This document shows, piece by piece, positions 63,460-64,000 of a stretch of DNA of 64,000 nucleotides. Location: positions 18,407 through 82,406 of the forward strand of contig JADGBZ010000001.1 of assembly GCA_015231175.1 (NCBI GenBank), read 5' to 3'. Source of the stretch: Magnetococcales bacterium (lineage in GTDB: Bacteria; Pseudomonadota; Magnetococcia; Magnetococcales; DC0425bin3). The position numbers and the translations under genes are program-made. How positions within the stretch are numbered: position 1 is the first letter of the stretch; the number at the start of each line of letters is the position of its first letter. The notes under the pieces are model-generated. The model saw nothing but the letters and a program-made list of their open reading frames with translations. It did not search any database and was not told where the DNA came from.

Positions 63460-63607
63460 GTGACTCTTCACCACCATTGCAAAAAAAGCGTGGACATGAA
63501 GACCTTTGTCGGGGCTTCGCCCCGAACCCCACCAGGACTCTGTCCAAGACCCTGCCAGGGAGCCACCCCCCGAGACCTCAACTCGTGGTCGGGTGGTGAA
63601 CAGTTAC
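63460..63607 (+). mobile_element. MITE family A, copy 8 (148 bp)
   Basis: GTGACTCTTCACCACC...GGACATGAAGACCTTTGTCGGGGCTTCGCCCCGAACCCCACCAGGAC...GGGTGGTGAACAGTTAC. The flanks CCAAAAAG (63452-63459) and CCGAAAAG (63608-63615) form a 7/8 8-bp TSD. Confidence 0.85.
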
Positions 63608-63690
63608 CCGAAAAGATCATAACGACTCAGACACTTTTTCCGTAACCACGCACGGGATCCAGGGAACTGGCCCGCCAGCTGGGGCGGAGA

Positions 63691-64000
63691 TCACCCCTCT
63701 TTCCCGGACCGACCTCCAGAGGACTCTGTTTTTTCGACATCCTCCTCTGTGACCTCGGCATCAGCGTCGGATGGAGCTGCCGGGGGAACGTGATATCGAT
63801 AATGGGCATCTGTTCTGGGCCTGACGCCATCCAGCTTGTGCCCGGTCTCCACGTAGTGAATGGCTTCGGCGACGTTGGTGATGTGGTCGCCGATCCGTTC
63901 GAGATTTTTGGCCACGAACAGCAGATGGGTTCCGGGTGTGATGTGCTGGGGGGATTGAATCATCACCATCATGAGGTTATGGAACATGCCGTCGAAGAGG
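63691..64000 (-). CDS. phoU: Phosphate signalling complex protein PhoU (N-terminus beyond the right edge)
   Basis: ...LLFVAKNLERIGDHITNVAEAIHYVETG, the PhoU repeat motif. The frame stays open to position 64000. The acidic/Pro-rich C-terminal tail is unusual. Confidence 0.8.
   Translation of the reverse strand, partial: LFDGMFHNLMMVMIQSPQHITPGTHLLFVAKNLERIGDHITNVAEAIHYVETGHKLDGVRPRTDAHYRYHVPPAAPSDADAEVTEEDVEKTESSGGRSGKEG

Overview
This is a 64-kb chromosomal window from a Gram-negative, proteobacterium-like genome; I cannot assign a taxon from sequence alone. Housekeeping blocks: trmJ-rsmE-hflK-hflC-DUF2065-yceD-rpmF-plsX-fabH; aceE; ispH; tRNA-Leu(CAG); cobU-cobT-cobC-cobS; ppnP; rnpB; speA; a yejA/yejB-like ABC pair; purC; and rsmH-ftsL-ftsI-murE. 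These are interrupted by accessory material. Main observations: (1) One intact single-ORF IS66-family element (41890-43588, 8-bp target duplication) occurs alongside a dispersed ~150-bp MITE family with the same GTAAC(C/T)NTTCAG termini. The MITE is present at 8 loci plus fragments. One insertion cleanly splits a gene, with a perfect 11-bp TIR and an 8-bp TSD, and in-silico excision restores the frame. (2) A zinc-ribbon/RDD membrane protein is fused to a genuine type IVa pilin globular domain that lacks a prepilin leader, and it is translationally coupled to a GT-C-like polytopic membrane protein. (3) A PsrABC-like molybdopterin oxidoreductase operon, apparently sigma54/EBP-controlled, is extended by a TorD-like chaperone, a HybE-like chaperone and a secreted ankyrin-repeat protein. 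(4) A seven-gene, tightly overlapping operon (41711->34013) combines a class II aldolase, a tandem nucleotidyltransferase, GtrA, a GT2, a GDPD-like protein, a membrane-domain/uridine-kinase-like fusion and a HAD phosphatase. This looks like a self-contained, uncharacterised envelope-glycan modification system. (5) Also present are a second unrelated 218-bp MITE-like element, several short tandem duplications, and three large c-di-GMP signalling proteins. Many long ORFs in the supplied track are antisense shadows of real genes in this GC-rich DNA and were discarded. Functional calls rest on motifs I recognise by eye. No database search was run.
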